From the human T2T-CHM13v2.0 reference genome, Homo sapiens: a stretch of 64,000 nucleotides of DNA. Shown here piece after piece: positions 61,972 to 64,000 of this stretch (within the stretch, counting starts at the first letter, position 1; each line of letters begins with the position of its first letter). Location: NCBI RefSeq assembly GCF_009914755.1, contig NC_060935.1. One strand, 5' to 3'. The notes below the pieces were generated by a model, which saw only the letters and a list, made by a program, of their open reading frames with translations, was not told the DNA's origin and ran no database searches. The translations under genes and the position numbers were made by a program.

Positions 61972-64000
61972 GTTTGGTGGCAGAAGTGAGATATGAAGGC
62001 AATCACCAGTGACTCCTGGGAGTATCATGGAGCCAGGTGAAAGGTCCACACGGAGCTCATTGTGCCCACTGCTTTCTTCCTGCAACCGGAGTTCCTGAAT
62101 AAGTGTCTTTCTTATTCTGTGCTCCACATTTTACATCCTGAGCTTTCTGAGTTTGAGTAAATTTGTTCCAATTTGGTGTGGAGATTGGACTGAGTATTCA
62201 ACAGGAACTAAACTGGTTCCAGTTGGAGGCATTGGGTAGGTAAAAGCTTAGAAGGACTGAGTGTGATGGGTTTATAAGCATTAAGGAGTCAGGGACTTCT
62301 CTATTTGGAATGCTAGCTAATTTTGTGTTCAAAAATTATGGACTCAAAGCCTGCACCTTTCTAGAGACATGGTTGTACCTACCTTGCCGGAGATGATTTA
62401 GAGTTGCAGTGGAGAAGTTTTATTTGAGATAAAAGTATTCATTTATTGAATCTATTGGCAAGGAAGCAACCTTGAACACCCCAGTATCAATGGGATGCAT
62501 TTTGTAATGGATATAGAGTCTTCTAAAAGACTTACTGATTACAAAATTGACTCTCTAAAAAGACCCTTTACTAAAGGGAAATAAGGCATCTAAAACTTAA
62601 ACAACAAATTGAGGGTGAAAATAAATAAAATTATATGGTAACTGATGTATCTATGAGCATTTTTCTCCCTTTATCCTCCTCTACCTTCTCTAAAGGTTAT
62701 TTTGAACCTTTAACCCATTTATTCAACTATCTTCTTGCCCTGAACTTACTAACTCTTTTGCTCAACTATCCTTTTGCCCCAAGAATAACGAGAAAAAGAC
62801 AGTTAGCTTAATGTCTTATAAGGCTAGATCTTCAGAACAGCCAGATCTGGCTCTTGTAACTACTTTTACTCTTTGGTCAAAAACTAAACTCAGAGCTATA
62901 ACAAAAGATATTTCAAATATTAGAGAAAATCCATTAAAGAATTACTGAGGAATTTAGAATCTTCATAGGGGCCTATAACCTGGTGATCCCTGATTTGAAT
63001 CAGTTTATGCACATGATATTATAACCTGGGGAAGAAAATAAATAGGTAACTACAGGGAGATGGGATAAGCCTCAGGAAAGTGCTGATGACCTTTCAAGAG
63101 ACACTTCTAGAAATGGCTCTTAAGTTGCCTGAAAAACTTATAGAAGATATTCCCATTGTCTTCCCAGAAAAGATTGACTGGTACATTATTAAATCATATA
63201 AATAGAAAAAAGAGATACATTTCTTTCTGATTTCAGGGCTAAATTGGAAGTCTTAGTTGTTAAACACTCTGGTCTTAAAATATAGCAGCATGTATTTCCT
63301 GGTGGAACTGAAATGGTTCTTAATGGCCCTATTCATTAATTGGCTTTGACCAGAGCTGCATGACCTGATAAAAACAAAATAAAAAAAAAAAACAACAACC
63401 CATAAGATTGAATGGGAAGTCACTGATATGACTGAAGCAGTCCCCATAGCTGAATATTTTGAGAGCACTTTAGAACAAGAAAAGAATCAAATGCTGAAAT
63501 AAAACAGTGAAAAGATTGTTTCTGCATTAGATGAAATTCCCGAGAGCTTGACTCTTGAAACAATAATCAACACGGATGGGGCTACAAGAGATTTTCCACT
63601 AAGTTATTCTCATAATATCCTTAAATAAACATAGGGAAACTAAGATCTCAATCAACAGGGAACTATGTATAGTGTTGGTGGATGCCAAAGCCACCTTATC
63701 CACTTTAAACCCCAGCCTACTAAATCAACAAATCTCTTGGAGTAAAGAAAATATTTATGTGGTAGTGTTTTCAAATTAAGGTCAGAGAATTCCTGTGTCT
63801 AAATTAGTCCAAATGACTCTTAGGCCATTCTCAGAAAGGCATGCCTTCCTACTATGTAATACCATTCCAGTAAATTTACTGGGATGAGCTATGCTTTCCT
63901 AATTGAGAGGACGCATAACATTCTCTTCAGAAGGATAATTATTCCTAGAGTTTCCTGGCCCTCCTGAACCTCAATTGTTCTGTTCCCTACAAACAGGAGT
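61972..64000 (+). mobile_element. ERV1 internal region: leader, decayed gag and protease; continues beyond the window
   Basis: Gag-like relics from ~62266; protease VLVDAKATLSTLN (~63672) and PVNLLG (~63866), with stops. Confidence 0.8.
61975..61992 (+). promoter_or_regulatory. Primer binding site, tRNA-Leu(CAA)-like
   Basis: tggtggcagaagtgagat matches TGGTGTCAGAAGTGGGAT at 16/18. Confidence 0.8.

Overview
Primate (human-like) AT-rich genomic DNA, either intergenic or deep intronic. Roughly two-thirds is recognisable transposable element. I find no intact protein-coding gene, RNA gene, CRISPR array or CpG island; the ORF track consists of decayed L1/ERV/Alu translations and chance ORFs. Main content: (1) a ~14 kb nested L1 cluster at 19.3-33.2 kb (L1MA6/7 > L1MA2 > AluS, MSTA/THE1D LTR, L1PA5/6); (2) a full-length THE1A; (3) an internally deleted HERVL18/HERV-S provirus with both LTRs, a Ser-tRNA PBS, a YVDD RT motif and a perfect TSD, carrying a CpG-retaining AluY; (4) an ERV1 provirus with a Leu-tRNA PBS running off the right end; (5) many MIR, L2, Alu, MER and LTR relics. 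I see no support for a new biological system. The best second-look items are a 47-bp twin-primed L1 insertion, a 46-bp template-switch hairpin in an AluJ, a TSD-less L1 insertion with host deletion, two L1s whose 5' part is joined to 3' sequence, a 60-nt candidate exon, and an L1 strand switch near 52-53 kb. Subfamily names come from remembered consensus sequences, and boundaries of old repeats are approximate; confirm with RepeatMasker/Dfam.
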